DNA of 64,000 nt from Abditibacterium sp. (GTDB taxonomy: Bacteria > Armatimonadota > Abditibacteriia > Abditibacteriales > Abditibacteriaceae): contig CBDASK010000003.1 in the NCBI GenBank assembly GCA_965199495.1, positions 4,128,001 through 4,192,000 of the forward strand, given 5' to 3'. Positions 10,232-20,350 of the stretch are shown here, one piece after another. Under the pieces are notes generated by a model. That model had not been told where the DNA came from. It ran no database searches and was given only the letters and a program-made list of their open reading frames with translations. A program made the position numbers and the translations under genes. The first letter of the stretch is position 1. Each line of letters begins with the position of its first letter.

Positions 10232-10252
10232 ATTTGGCGATTCTACGACAGT

Positions 10253-10288
10253 AAAAAAGGCGACGAATTTTAAATTCGTCGCCTTTTT
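10253..10288. terminator. Bidirectional intrinsic terminator
   Basis: AAAAAAGGCGACGAATTT-T-AAATTCGTCGCCTTTTT between convergent genes. Confidence 0.85.
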
Positions 10289-10300
10289 GTTTCGTCAAAA

Positions 10301-10825
10301 TTACTGCTTTGTCCGTTGTTCCAGCGCGCCTTTAACTTTGATGCGCGGCAATTCGGCTCCGGCGGTGGCTGTTCCGTTGATGCGCGGCAAAACCACGGCG
10401 GGCCGCCCCAGTTCGCGCGAGAAGTAGACGCGATAGTTGCCGAATTCCTGTTCGCGCGAAGAAGTCGTGATGACGCGGTAGACCTCGCCGCGTTTGACCT
10501 TGAAGCTCACCGCGGCATCGGGGCCATCGCCGCTGTCATCGTCTTGCGCGATCAGATTATAATCGCCGCTGGAATCGCGACGATAAATGAAAAGTTCAGA
10601 ATCCAAATCGTTGGATGTCATATCCACTTCGGCGGTGCCGCTACTGGCCACTTCCGTCACAAAAATATCGTAGTTGCGATTGTCGGTTTGATCGAAAAAA
10701 TCGCTGCTATCAATCGTTCCGTCCACTGTAAACGGCCCGCCGCTGTTGGAGTTGTGCGAGGAACCGCCGCCGCAACCGGCGAGCATAAGGGCGGAAGTGA
10801 CGCCTAAAGCGCCCAAGTATTTCAT
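10301..10825 (-). CDS. Lipoprotein with PPC-like (pre-peptidase C-terminal) domain
   Basis: Lipobox MLAGC followed by GGGSS; SNDLDSELFIY...QDDDSG.GPDA motif. Confidence 0.75.
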   Translation of the reverse strand: MKYLGALGVTSALMLAGCGGGSSHNSNSGGPFTVDGTIDSSDFFDQTDNRNYDIFVTEVASSGTAEVDMTSNDLDSELFIYRRDSSGDYNLIAQDDDSGDGPDAAVSFKVKRGEVYRVITTSSREQEFGNYRVYFSRELGRPAVVLPRINGTATAGAELPRIKVKGALEQRTKQ

Positions 10826-10905
10826 GTGAAGAAGTTGCATTTCGAGGGAAGCGGACGCGATACAGTTAAGAAAGTTCAAATCAATTTTCGTATTAGGAAA
10901 ATTTT

Positions 10906-11811
10906 TTAGAACGCGCACAAATCGCGCACCGCCGCAAAGCGACGCTCGACTTCTTCCATTCCTAAATCGCGCACGCCGCCCAGCGAAAACTGCTGCACCG
11001 TGCAAGAAGCCACGGCGCCGCCATAGACGATGGCGCGGCGCAAATTGGCGTCGCTCAAATCGCCGGTTTTGGCCAGATAACCCATAATCGAACCGGCGAA
11101 CGTATCGCCCGCGCCCGTTGGGTCAACGACGGCATCGAGCGGATAGGCCGGAACGCTAAACAACGCGTCGCGCGTCAGCATCATCGAACCGTGTTCGCCC
11201 TTTTTGATGATAATGGCGCGCGGCCCCAAACCCAAAAGTTGGCGCGCGGCCTTGAGCAAATTATCTTCTTCTGTCAGCATGCGCGCCTCGCCATCGTTCA
11301 AGACCGCGATGTCCACGCGCTTGAAGACTTCCAAGACCGTGTCGCGCGCCAGATTAATCCACAAGTTCATGGTGTCGCACAGCACCAATTTCGGGTTTTC
11401 CACCTGATCCAAAACCTGCAATTGCAAACCGGGATTGATGTTGGCTAAAAAAACCAGTTCGGCTTTTTTATAGTTTTCGGGCAAGGTCGGCTCGAACGTT
11501 TCAAAGACGCCCAACTGCGTTTCGTGGGTAACAGCGGTGTTGAGGTCTTCGTTGTAATCGCCTTTCCAGCGAAAGGTTTTGCCGCCTTCGATGCGCTGCA
11601 AACCGGCCAGATCAATGCCGCGATTTTCGAGAAATTGCGTGTGCTGCGCGGGGAAATCATCGCCGACGACGCCGACCAATTGGACGGGTGCGAAAATCGA
11701 GGCGGCGGCAGCGCCATAGGTCGCGGCGCCGCCGAGTGCGTTATCTACGGTTCCGGCGGGCGTCTCGATGGAATCGAGCGCGACCGAACCGACTACTAAA
11801 ACGGAATTCAT
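10906..11811 (-). CDS. PfkB family carbohydrate/nucleoside kinase
   Basis: VVGSVALD, LGGAA, GVVGDD, DPTGAGDTFAG; start MNSVLVV. Confidence 0.92.
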   Translation of the reverse strand: MNSVLVVGSVALDSIETPAGTVDNALGGAATYGAAAASIFAPVQLVGVVGDDFPAQHTQFLENRGIDLAGLQRIEGGKTFRWKGDYNEDLNTAVTHETQLGVFETFEPTLPENYKKAELVFLANINPGLQLQVLDQVENPKLVLCDTMNLWINLARDTVLEVFKRVDIAVLNDGEARMLTEEDNLLKAARQLLGLGPRAIIIKKGEHGSMMLTRDALFSVPAYPLDAVVDPTGAGDTFAGSIMGYLAKTGDLSDANLRRAIVYGGAVASCTVQQFSLGGVRDLGMEEVERRFAAVRDLCAF

Positions 11812-11888
11812 GAACGGGCGAGTTAAACCTATTTGATTTGGCGGGACAAACGCAAAATGCCGCACAGAGCAATTCTGCGCGGCATTGG

Positions 11889-12031
11889 AGCGAATAAATT
11901 CGCAGCCACACATAACTGTCGGCCTACGCCGACACGTCACAACTTGGATAACGAAGAACCGTTCCTCATCATTCTATTTCCTTTGTGTCGGCGCAGGCCG
12001 ACAACTATTTGTGGCTGCGAATTTATTCGCT
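11889..12031. repeat. REP-like inverted doublet, family A (GCGAATAAATTCGCAGCCA...TCGGCCTACGCCGACA)
   Basis: 47-bp arms at 11889-11935 and 11985-12031 with 4 mismatches; same family as 41286-41398. Confidence 0.85.
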
Positions 12032-12430
12032 TTGTTTCTCCACGGGCACTGCCGCCACGCGTTCCGGCGCGGTTTCTGTTTTATCCGCGACTTTCGCGTC
12101 ACCGGGTTTCGCCGCCACAACCGGCGCTTTGGGCGTTTGCGCGGCGGGATAGCCGTTGATGATGCCCGCCGCCGCCAAACGTTGCACGGCGGCAAACGCC
12201 CAGTGATCGCGTGGCACGTCGGGAAAAAAGCCAGGCATCTCTTCGGGCTTCATTGTCGAATCGGCCTGCGCGATTTTCGTTGGCACCGTTTTCGCGGCGG
12301 GCGCAATAATCGGTTTAGCCGCGACTTTCGCGGGCGCAACTTTGGCTTTGGCCGCAGTTTTGGCGGGCGCCGCCTGAACAACTGAAGCGCACAACGCGCA
12401 CGCGGTCAGGGAAAATACGAGTTTTTTCAT
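12023..12430 (-). CDS. Small secreted protein with one SLH motif and Ala/Lys/Pro-rich linkers
   Basis: Signal peptide MKKLVFSL...[31 protein letters not shown]. Confidence 0.85.
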   Translation of the reverse strand: MKKLVFSLTACALCASVVQAAPAKTAAKAKVAPAKVAAKPIIAPAAKTVPTKIAQADSTMKPEEMPGFFPDVPRDHWAFAAVQRLAAAGIINGYPAAQTPKAPVVAAKPGDAKVADKTETAPERVAAVPVEKQSE

Positions 12431-12504
12431 GGGAATTTGCAACTTGTCAAACTGACATTTAACAGACAGCCGAAGCAGCCAAATGTTCCGCGCCAAAACG
12501 CGAT

Positions 12505-12999
12505 TTACAGCGTTTGCGGCGGCTCGAAAATCATCGCGAATTCTTCGACAAATAATGCAATTTGTCGCCCGCGAAACGCGAACCTTGCGCGCGCTTCGAT
12601 GCGCGCGGACACGCGCACATTTTCGCCGTTTAAAGTTTGAATCGTCCAAAACGGTGCCGCAATGGGAAAGCTCGGCCCGCAAATGCGCAGTCGAAAAGTT
12701 TGGTTTGCGCGCCGAAAAATCAAATGCTTGCTGTCGCGTTGCCAACTCAAGTTTTCGATTGTTTTCGGATAACCCCAGATTTCGCGCCCGCCGATTTTCG
12801 AGGCTTCCGAATTTACGCTCATCTGCACCACGCGCGGCCCCAGCCACGTCGGAACGGCCAGCGCGTGTTCGAGATACGGGCCGACGGGCGACGACGCGTA
12901 ATTCACCAATAATCGCAGCGTCAAAGGCGACGCCAAAAACGCGACGGCTTGTCCGGTCAAATGCCACGGCGCGGGCGGAATCGAAATATCTTGATTCAT
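12505..12999 (-). CDS. Acetoacetate decarboxylase-like protein
   Basis: [30 protein letters not shown]. Confidence 0.8.
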   Translation of the reverse strand: MNQDISIPPAPWHLTGQAVAFLASPLTLRLLVNYASSPVGPYLEHALAVPTWLGPRVVQMSVNSEASKIGGREIWGYPKTIENLSWQRDSKHLIFRRANQTFRLRICGPSFPIAAPFWTIQTLNGENVRVSARIEARARFAFRGRQIALFVEEFAMIFEPPQTL

Positions 13000-13044
13000 C
13001 GAACGTCAAACGATTGTCCCGATTAAGCGTTGCGCCGCCAACGC

Positions 13045-13080
13045 AAAAGCGCCCGCACCAAAACCGGTGCGGGCGCTTTT
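13045..13080. terminator. Intrinsic terminator downstream of tkt
   Basis: AAAAGCGCCCGCACC-aaaacc-GGTGCGGGCGCTTTT. Confidence 0.85.
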
Positions 13081-13094
13081 ATTTTCTCCAAACG

Positions 13095-15086
13095 TTACTT
13101 CAAATTCTTCACCGCTTCCACGACGTGGCTGCTCGTCATACCCAGCTCTTCCATCGCGGTGTCGCCGGGCGCGCTCAACCCGAAACGGTCAATGCCGAGG
13201 GGAATTCCGCCGAAACCGACGTATTTCCACCACAAATAGGTGACGCCCGCTTCAACCGAAACGCGGCGCGTGATCTTCGACGGCAAAACCGATTCTTTAT
13301 ATTCATCTTCCTGGCGCTCGAAACGCTCGAAGCACGGCATCGAAACGACTCTGACGCCGCCGCCCAATTCTTTCGCCGCAGCAACGGCGAGTTGAACTTC
13401 CGAACCGGTCGCGAGGATAATCGTGTTCAACTCTTCGGTTTCCTTGACCAAAACGTAGGCGCCCTTGAAAACGCCTTCGCGCCGCGTCGCGACATCAGCC
13501 ACGTCGAGGAACGGCAAATCCTGACGGCTGAGTGCCAGCAATGTCGGGCCATCTTTTCTGTCCAAAGCCGCGACAAACGCGGCGGCGGTTTCTTCGGCGT
13601 CGGCGGGGCGAATCACGTCGAGATTGGGAATCACGCGCAAACCTGAAACGGTTTCGACCGGTTGATGCGTTGGGCCGTCTTCGCCGACGCCGACTGAATC
13701 GTGGGTGAAAATATACAAGACCGGCAAATGCGACAGCGCGGCCAGACGAATCGGCGGGCGACAATAATCGGCGAACACCAAAAACGTCGCGCCCGACGGA
13801 CGGAAAATGCCGTCGTAGGCGATGCCGTTCAAAATCGCGCCCATCGCGTGTTCGCGAATGCCGAACCAGATATTGCGGCCCAAAACGTCTTCCTTGGAAT
13901 AGTCGCCGCCGTCTTTGATATAGTTTTTGGTCGAGCCGAACAAATCGGCGCTGCCGGTAATCAGAGCGGGGACTTTCTCGGCCAAAACCTGCATGATTTC
14001 GCCGCCCGCATTGCGCGTGGCTGCTTTCTTTTTCTCGCCGCCAAATTCGGGAATCGAAGCCAACAAATCGGCGGGGATTTCGCCGCTCAAGTTGGTTTCG
14101 AGTTCTTCTTTCAAGGCCGGATTGTCTTGGCCCCACGCTTCGTAGGTGCGATTCCAATGCTCGTGCTGCTCGGCGTGCTGCTTTTTCAAATCACCGAAAT
14201 AATCGCGCACGTCGGGGCCGATATAGAAATTTTCGTCGGCGGGCAAACCCAGCAATTCGCGCGCGGCGGTTAAGAATTTGACGCCGCCTTCGCCGTGCGC
14301 TTTCTGGCTGCCAGCGATCTCGACGATGCCGCGCCCGATTTCGGTTTTGGCGACGATGAGTTTGGGTTTGCCATTTTTGTTCGATTTGGCCGCGTGAATC
14401 GCCGTCGAAATCTCGCCGAAATCGTGGCCGTTGATGACTTGAACGTCCCATTCGATGCTCTCGAACTTCTTCACCACATCGCCCGATTGCGTGACTTCGG
14501 CCATCGCGTCGAGCGTGACGCCGTTGGCGTCATAAATCAAAATCAGGTTGTCCAAACCCAAATGTCCGGCCAGCGTCACCGATTCCAGACCGACACCTTC
14601 CTGCAAACAGCCGTCTCCGCACAGACAAATGACGTGATAATCCAGAATTTTGGCGCGCGCCGTATTGAATTTTTCCATCGCGCGCTTGGCCGAAATCGCG
14701 TAGCCGACCGAGTTGCCGATGCCCTGACCGAGCGGCCCGGTCGTGGCTTCAACGCCGGGCGTTTCGTGGAATTCGGGATGGCCGGGCGTAATCGAATGCA
14801 ACTGGCGAAATTTGGATAAATCGTCGGTCGAAATGTCGTAACCCGCGATGCACAGCCACGAATACAGAAACATAGAGCCGTGTCCGGCGCTCAAAACGAA
14901 GCGGTCGCGGTTGAGCCATTTTGGGTCGGCGGGATCGCATTGAATAAGGCCGCCGCCCCACAAAGTCGCGCCAATTTCGGCGCAACCGAGCGGCAAACCC
15001 AAATGGCCAGAATTAGCTTTGTGGACGGCGTCCATCGCGAGGCCGCGCATTTGGTTGGCGGCAGTTTGAAGAATTTCGGTATTCAT
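13095..15086 (-). CDS. tkt: Transketolase
   Basis: [56 protein letters not shown]. Confidence 0.97.
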   Translation of the reverse strand: MNTEILQTAANQMRGLAMDAVHKANSGHLGLPLGCAEIGATLWGGGLIQCDPADPKWLNRDRFVLSAGHGSMFLYSWLCIAGYDISTDDLSKFRQLHSITPGHPEFHETPGVEATTGPLGQGIGNSVGYAISAKRAMEKFNTARAKILDYHVICLCGDGCLQEGVGLESVTLAGHLGLDNLILIYDANGVTLDAMAEVTQSGDVVKKFESIEWDVQVINGHDFGEISTAIHAAKSNKNGKPKLIVAKTEIGRGIVEIAGSQKAHGEGGVKFLTAARELLGLPADENFYIGPDVRDYFGDLKKQHAEQHEHWNRTYEAWGQDNPALKEELETNLSGEIPADLLASIPEFGGEKKKAATRNAGGEIMQVLAEKVPALITGSADLFGSTKNYIKDGGDYSKEDVLGRNIWFGIREHAMGAILNGIAYDGIFRPSGATFLVFADYCRPPIRLAALSHLPVLYIFTHDSVGVGEDGPTHQPVETVSGLRVIPNLDVIRPADAEETAAAFVAALDRKDGPTLLALSRQDLPFLDVADVATRREGVFKGAYVLVKETEELNTIILATGSEVQLAVAAAKELGGGVRVVSMPCFERFERQEDEYKESVLPSKITRRVSVEAGVTYLWWKYVGFGGIPLGIDRFGLSAPGDTAMEELGMTSSHVVEAVKNLK

Positions 15087-15151
15087 AATCGAAGGGGAAG
15101 AGTAGGGCCAAAGCGCGCAATTTGTCCGCGTGCTCGCCTTTCGCAGTGGTT

Positions 15152-15305
15152 ATTTTATCATTTCGAGTGCCAACAGCGTTCGTAGAGACACCGACTTGTC
15201 GTGTCTAAAACGTCAGACTCGCCGTTTGGTAAAAGCAATTTTAACGTTTTAGACACGACAAGTCGGTGTCTCTACGAACGCTGTTGGCACTCGAAATGAT
15301 AAAAT
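15152..15305. repeat. Perfect 62-bp inverted repeat containing a GTAG-REP doublet, between divergent tkt and malic enzyme genes
   Basis: Arms 15152-15213 and 15244-15305 are exact reverse complements; REP core GTAGAGACACCGACTTGTCGTGTCT at 15182-15206. Confidence 0.92.
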
Positions 15306-15312
15306 TTAAGTC

Positions 15313-16737
15313 ATGTCTTCTCGACCGTCTCCGTCTTACTCGCTCACTTTGCGCATCGAATATCCCAATTCCGTTGGAATGTTGGGCCGCATAACTTCGC
15401 TGATTGGCGAAATGGGCGGCGACATCGGCGCCATTGACATCGTGACTTCGACCAAAGGTGTCATGACGCGCGACATCACCTTTTCGGCCAACGATGTCGC
15501 GCACGGCCAGGAAATCGTCAACGCCGTGCGCGCGACTGGTTTGGTGGATGTCGTTCAGGTTTCGGACAGAACTTTTCTGCTGCATTTGGGCGGCAAATTG
15601 GAAATCACCGCCAAAAACCCGATCAAAACGCGCGACGATATTTCGATGCTCTACACGCCGGGCGTTTCGCGCATCGTCGAGAAAATCGTCGAAAACCCCG
15701 ACGACGCTTATAATTTGACCATCAAGAAAAACACCGTCGCCGTCGTGACCGACGGAAGCGAAGTTTTGGGTTTGGGCGCGGCTGGCCCGGCGGCGGCGTT
15801 GCCAGTTTTAGAAGCCAAAGCGATTTTGCTCAAAGAGTTCGCTGGCGTCGACGCATTTCCGCTTCCGCTCGACGCGCAGGGAGACGCCAATTTCGTGGCG
15901 GCGGTCAAAGCGATTGCGCCGTCGTTTGGCGCGATTCATCTGGAAGACATCAAGGCGCCGCGCTGTTTTCGTCTCGAAAAACAGTTGCAAGAAGCTTTGG
16001 CAATTCCGGTTTTTCATAACGATCAGCACGGCACCGCGATTGTCGCGCTCGCGGGTTTGATGAACGCTTTGAAGTTGGTGCGCAAGAATCCTGAATCGCT
16101 CAAAGTCGTGATTAACGGCGCCGAGGCCGCCGGTGTAGCCACGGCGTGGCTGCTCGAAGCGTGGGGCGTCAAAGATGTGATCGTGTGCGACGAAAAAGGC
16201 ACGCTGGGAACCTTTCGCGCCGATGTTGACGACTCGACATTGCGCCATTTGTGCGAGACGACCAATCCGCGCAAAGTCGAAGGCACATTGGAAACCGCGC
16301 TGCAAGGCGCCGATGTTTTGCTGGGCTTTGGCCGTCGCCGCGTGTTGGAAGCGGGCGCCATTGGCACGATGGCCAAAGACCCAATTGTTTTCGCGATGGC
16401 CAATCCCTATCCCGAAGTTGATCCGACTTCCATCGAAGGCGTGGCGCGCGTCATCGCGACCGGCAAAAGCGATTTTCCCAACCAAATCAACAATATGCTC
16501 GCCTTTCCCGGCGTGATGCGCGGCTTGTTAGATGCGCGCGCCAGCACGGTGAACAACGAAATGAAATTAGCCGCCGCCGCCGCGATTGCGGGTATCGTCG
16601 GGCCGGATGAATTGAACGAAGATTACGTGATTCCCAGCGTTTTCAATCGCCGCGTTGCGGGCGAAGTCGCCAAAGCCGTCGTCAAAGCCGCGCAGGCGAG
16701 CGGCGTTTCGCATCGCATCGCGCGCGCGAGTTTGTAA
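15313..16737 (+). CDS. NAD(P)-dependent malic enzyme with N-terminal ACT domain
   Basis: ACT domain, YTPGV, VAVVTDG, HLEDIKAPRCF, DQHGTA, FAMANP.PE, NQINN.LAFPG. Confidence 0.9.
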   Translation: MSSRPSPSYSLTLRIEYPNSVGMLGRITSLIGEMGGDIGAIDIVTSTKGVMTRDITFSANDVAHGQEIVNAVRATGLVDVVQVSDRTFLLHLGGKLEITAKNPIKTRDDISMLYTPGVSRIVEKIVENPDDAYNLTIKKNTVAVVTDGSEVLGLGAAGPAAALPVLEAKAILLKEFAGVDAFPLPLDAQGDANFVAAVKAIAPSFGAIHLEDIKAPRCFRLEKQLQEALAIPVFHNDQHGTAIVALAGLMNALKLVRKNPESLKVVINGAEAAGVATAWLLEAWGVKDVIVCDEKGTLGTFRADVDDSTLRHLCETTNPRKVEGTLETALQGADVLLGFGRRRVLEAGAIGTMAKDPIVFAMANPYPEVDPTSIEGVARVIATGKSDFPNQINNMLAFPGVMRGLLDARASTVNNEMKLAAAAAIAGIVGPDELNEDYVIPSVFNRRVAGEVAKAVVKAAQASGVSHRIARASL

Positions 16738-16752
16738 ATTTCGGGCGAAATT

Positions 16753-16784
16753 AAAGCCGCGCCGATAGGTTTCGGCGCAGCTTT
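16753..16784. terminator. Intrinsic terminator between convergent genes
   Basis: AAAGCCGCGCCGA-taggtt-TCGGCGCAGCTTT. Confidence 0.7.
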
Positions 16785-16798
16785 GTTTTCGTGTCGGC

Positions 16799-17689
16799 TT
16801 ATTCTTCGTCCGGATCGGTGAGAACTGCGGTTATGAAGCTATCCAGATAAGATTGATTGATGGTGTTCAAGGTCTCCGCAATTTTGGGCGGAGGGACAAC
16901 TGTGACTTCCGGTTTGCCGTCGTTGGCTTGTCCCATTCCCACTTCGGATTTGACGAGACCTTGCAGCAGTTGAATCAAGCCTCCGATTTGTCCTGTCTTC
17001 ATATTTTGAGTGGGCGTCTGTGCATCAGCCAACGCCAAAACTTGATTGAACGAATCTAACGCGCCTTTAAAGTCGCGCTGATTCATATCAACTTCGCCTC
17101 TTTTGATCAGAGCCAACAGACGATAACCCGAATCCCCCTTGCTGTATTCGGTGATTTGCTTCAACTCTTGCTGCGCCAAATCGTATTGTTTAGTGGCGGC
17201 GTAAGCGTTGGCCAATGCAAAGTTAAACGGCGCGAGAGTCTGTTTGCCTTCTGCTGTGTTGGCGTCCGTTATTTGAGTCTTGAGACTTTCGATGAAGGTT
17301 TTGTATTCGGGAATCGCTTTGTCGAATTGGCCCTGCGCGTCATAACTCCGCGCGAAACCAAAATGCGCGAAAGCGTGCGAACTTTCGTCATCGTTGTCGG
17401 GCAACGCGAGAATTTTCGTCCATTGCTGTTGCGCCTCGTCATACATTTTGCGGCGATAATACGATTCGCCCAGCAAAGTCAACGCCTCGCCAGTTTCTTC
17501 GGGCGATGCAGCCACGGCGAGCGACTCGGCGACATCCTTAGTGGCGGCCTCATATTTTTCGCTTTTGAAATCGCGTTGGCCCGCCGCAAGCGCGGTTTCG
17601 TAAGTCGTCGGTTGCGCGTCTTGCGCGTGGCTGCTGTTGGCAAAGCCCGCACACAAAATCGCGCAGAGAACGAGAGTTGAATTTTTCAT
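16799..17689 (-). CDS. Secreted tetratricopeptide-repeat protein
   Basis: Signal peptide ending SSHA; TPR-like helices (LGESYYRRKMYDEA, FARSYDAQGQFDKAI, LANAYAATKQYDLA). Confidence 0.8.
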   Translation of the reverse strand: MKNSTLVLCAILCAGFANSSHAQDAQPTTYETALAAGQRDFKSEKYEAATKDVAESLAVAASPEETGEALTLLGESYYRRKMYDEAQQQWTKILALPDNDDESSHAFAHFGFARSYDAQGQFDKAIPEYKTFIESLKTQITDANTAEGKQTLAPFNFALANAYAATKQYDLAQQELKQITEYSKGDSGYRLLALIKRGEVDMNQRDFKGALDSFNQVLALADAQTPTQNMKTGQIGGLIQLLQGLVKSEVGMGQANDGKPEVTVVPPPKIAETLNTINQSYLDSFITAVLTDPDEE

Positions 17690-17736
17690 AAATGCGGAGT
17701 TTTAACGCGAATGATTTTCCAAAGTTTCAACGAATT

Positions 17737-19074
17737 TCAAATCTCGAACCAGAACTCTGAGCCGACGCCGACTTCGCTGTTGACGCCGATAATTCCGCCG
17801 TGCGCTTCGACGGCCAATTTGCAAAAGGTTAAACCTAAACCGGTCGAGAATTTGGCGCCCTTTTGACGGTTTTCGACCTGGCCGAATTTATCGAAAATTT
17901 TATCCTGAAATTCGGGCGCGATGCCCGGCCCGTTATCCCTCACGGCGAAGTAGGTTTTGTTGGGCGTCGGCTCGGCGCTCAAAGTAATTTCGCCGTCGCG
18001 TGGCGTGAATTTGAGCGCGTTGCCGACCAGATTAATCAAAATGCGTTCAAGCAAATCGGGATCGGCTTCGACGGTTTTCTGCTCGCAACGCGCGATAATT
18101 TGGGCGCTGTCGCTATCTTCCATCGGGCGCGCGATTTGGATGACGCGCGTCAACAAAGGCTTTATCTCGACGGTCTGACGATGAATGGTAAATTCGCCCG
18201 CTTCCATTTTCGAGACATCCAACAAGGCGTTGACCATGCCCAATAAACGTTGGCCCGAACGGTGCGAAATGTGGACGACCTCGCGCTGGCTTTCGTCGAG
18301 CGGCCCCAACATTTCGGCTTCGAGCATTTGCAGCGGCGCCAAAAGTCCGGTTAAGGGCGTGCGCAAATCGTGGACGAGCATCGCCGTCAGGTTGTCGCGC
18401 ATACTTTCGGCGCGCTGAATTTCGCGATAGGCGCCTTCGAGTTCGCGGTTCTGGCGCGCGGCGCGGCCCAGCAAAAACGTGATCAAGCCCAGAAACAAAA
18501 AGCCGACCAGAGTTTCGATCCAAAACGTGCGCCTCGCATCGTCGGCGGCTTGATTGGCATTGGTCGAGCGCGATTCCAAAAGTTCGTTTTCGCGGCTGCG
18601 CATATCCGTGACAATGGTTTCGATGCGCCGGTTTTCGCGCTCCGCCGCGCCGCTTTCGACCAGATCGGTGGCGGCAGTTAAGCCCTTGGTTTTGCGCAGC
18701 GAAATACCGTGTTCGGCGATTTTTAGACGCGAGGCGACCGCCGACTTGAGAATCGGAACGCGCGACTTTTGCTGAGAATCGGTCGCCGCCACGCTCAGGT
18801 TACCCAGCGAAACGCTCAGACTTTCGCGCGCCGTTTTGAAAAAATCGAGATACGACGCATTGCCCGTCAACACATACGAACGCTGCGCACTTTCGGCGTC
18901 TTTGACCAGCCCCGCCACGTTTTCCAGTTCCGAAACCACGCTCACCGTTTGCGACAGCTCGCGATTGCCCGCGATAAGTTGCTCGATATTAAAATAAGCG
19001 ACAACGGCGTTGAGGCCCAGCGTGAGGCACACCAAAACTCCGATGAAGATGTGGCGAGACGAAAGCAGACGCAT
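17737..19074 (-). CDS. CHASE3-domain sensor histidine kinase
   Basis: Two TMs, DAESAQRSYVLTG (CHASE3), VHDLRTPL, NLVGNALKF, DNGPGI, GLGL. Confidence 0.93.
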   Translation of the reverse strand: MRLLSSRHIFIGVLVCLTLGLNAVVAYFNIEQLIAGNRELSQTVSVVSELENVAGLVKDAESAQRSYVLTGNASYLDFFKTARESLSVSLGNLSVAATDSQQKSRVPILKSAVASRLKIAEHGISLRKTKGLTAATDLVESGAAERENRRIETIVTDMRSRENELLESRSTNANQAADDARRTFWIETLVGFLFLGLITFLLGRAARQNRELEGAYREIQRAESMRDNLTAMLVHDLRTPLTGLLAPLQMLEAEMLGPLDESQREVVHISHRSGQRLLGMVNALLDVSKMEAGEFTIHRQTVEIKPLLTRVIQIARPMEDSDSAQIIARCEQKTVEADPDLLERILINLVGNALKFTPRDGEITLSAEPTPNKTYFAVRDNGPGIAPEFQDKIFDKFGQVENRQKGAKFSTGLGLTFCKLAVEAHGGIIGVNSEVGVGSEFWFEI

Positions 19075-19160
19075 GAAAAGGTGAGGGTTTCAGTGTTACG
19101 TCTTCCACAAAACTTCGCCCACGCCAATGGGTGAAAATAGGGGTTTGGAACGTTTTGTTG

Positions 19161-19201
19161 AAAAAGGGCCGCAGAACTCGAAAGTTCTGCGGCCCTTTTT
19201 T
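19161..19201. terminator. Intrinsic terminator
   Basis: AAAAAGGGCCGCAGAACT-cgaa-AGTTCTGCGGCCCTTTTTT. Confidence 0.85.
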
Positions 19202-19219
19202 ATGCGTGCGAACAACGTC

Positions 19220-20269
19220 TTACTGTGTCCACGAAGCGTCGTAATTTTCGCCCTGTGTGTCGTTGGTCACAGCCACGCCCGCCGGTTGCGTGCCGGTTGC
19301 CGCGACGTTGGCGACATAAAGCTGGCGTCCCGCTCCCAAAGCTGTGTTGGCGTCCCATACCAGACGATTGCTGTCGGGGCTAAAGCTGGGGTTGAGTTGG
19401 TTGAAGCCGCCCGTCGGGCCATCGCCGATAACGGTGCCTGTCGGCGAAAGCAATTGCAGGCGCGCCTGACCCAGCGTCGGCGCGTTGAAGACGACGATGC
19501 GCTGGCCGTTGGGTGAATAGCGCGGATGCGCGGCGGAAGTGCCCGTCGCCAGAACTTGCGCGTTGGCCGCCGTGGCTGCTGTTGTGGCCGGTGTGATGAC
19601 CGCCAAATCGTTGAGATTGGAGTTGCCCGCGTTGACTAAAAAGCCCAGCAAACGCTGGCTATCGGGATTCCACGAGCCGTCGAACGAGGGTTGCGTCGGA
19701 TCGGCGAACGTCACCTCGCGCTGGTTGGCGCCGGTCGCGTCCATGATATACAAGTGGCGCGTTCCGCCACGCGTGGACTGCCACAAAATGCTATTGCCAT
19801 CGGGCGAAAACACCGGGCGCGTGTCCTGCGGCGCCTGAGCGGCGGGGCCGGTATCGTTGGTCAGGCGTTGCGGCGTGCCCGAACCGTCGGATTTGATGAC
19901 GTAAATTTCCGAGTTGCCATCGCGCTGCGAGGAAAATACCACGCGGCGCCCGTCGGGCGAGCGCGAAGGGTTTTCGTCAACCGCGTCGTTGGTGGTCAGG
20001 CGGCGCGCGTTGGTCGCCGCCGTTCCGTTGAGGTCAAGCGAGTAGATTTCGGGATTGCCGTCGCGCGTCGAAACGAAAACAATGCTGCCCGCGCCCAACG
20101 CAAAACCGCCGCCGCCAGTTCCGCCTGCCGTGCCCAGACCGCCGTTGCCCGAACCGGGTGTCGGCAAGTTGCTGCCACCACCGCCGCCACAACCGGCGAT
20201 CATCAAACCGAGGCCAGCGCTGGCGACCAAAAGCGGCAACTGAGCGCCGCGCAAAGAAAGATTAAACAT
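19220..20269 (-). CDS. TolB-like PD40 beta-propeller lipoprotein
   Basis: Lipobox MIAGC; repeated SPDG...VFSS.RDGNSEIY units. Confidence 0.88.
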   Translation of the reverse strand: MFNLSLRGAQLPLLVASAGLGLMIAGCGGGGGSNLPTPGSGNGGLGTAGGTGGGGFALGAGSIVFVSTRDGNPEIYSLDLNGTAATNARRLTTNDAVDENPSRSPDGRRVVFSSQRDGNSEIYVIKSDGSGTPQRLTNDTGPAAQAPQDTRPVFSPDGNSILWQSTRGGTRHLYIMDATGANQREVTFADPTQPSFDGSWNPDSQRLLGFLVNAGNSNLNDLAVITPATTAATAANAQVLATGTSAAHPRYSPNGQRIVVFNAPTLGQARLQLLSPTGTVIGDGPTGGFNQLNPSFSPDSNRLVWDANTALGAGRQLYVANVAATGTQPAGVAVTNDTQGENYDASWTQ

Positions 20270-20350
20270 AGTCCCCCCAATTTTACCTCAATTGCGCCGC
20301 TTTGCCATCCGATTTTAGCGCCGATGTAGAGCAATTTTTTGCTGTTGAGA

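Noticed and set aside
12023..13646. 328-aa and 387-aa ORFs spanning the SLH and decarboxylase-like genes
   Set aside because: Arg-rich read-through or shadow frames; the SLH protein starts at its signal peptide (12430)
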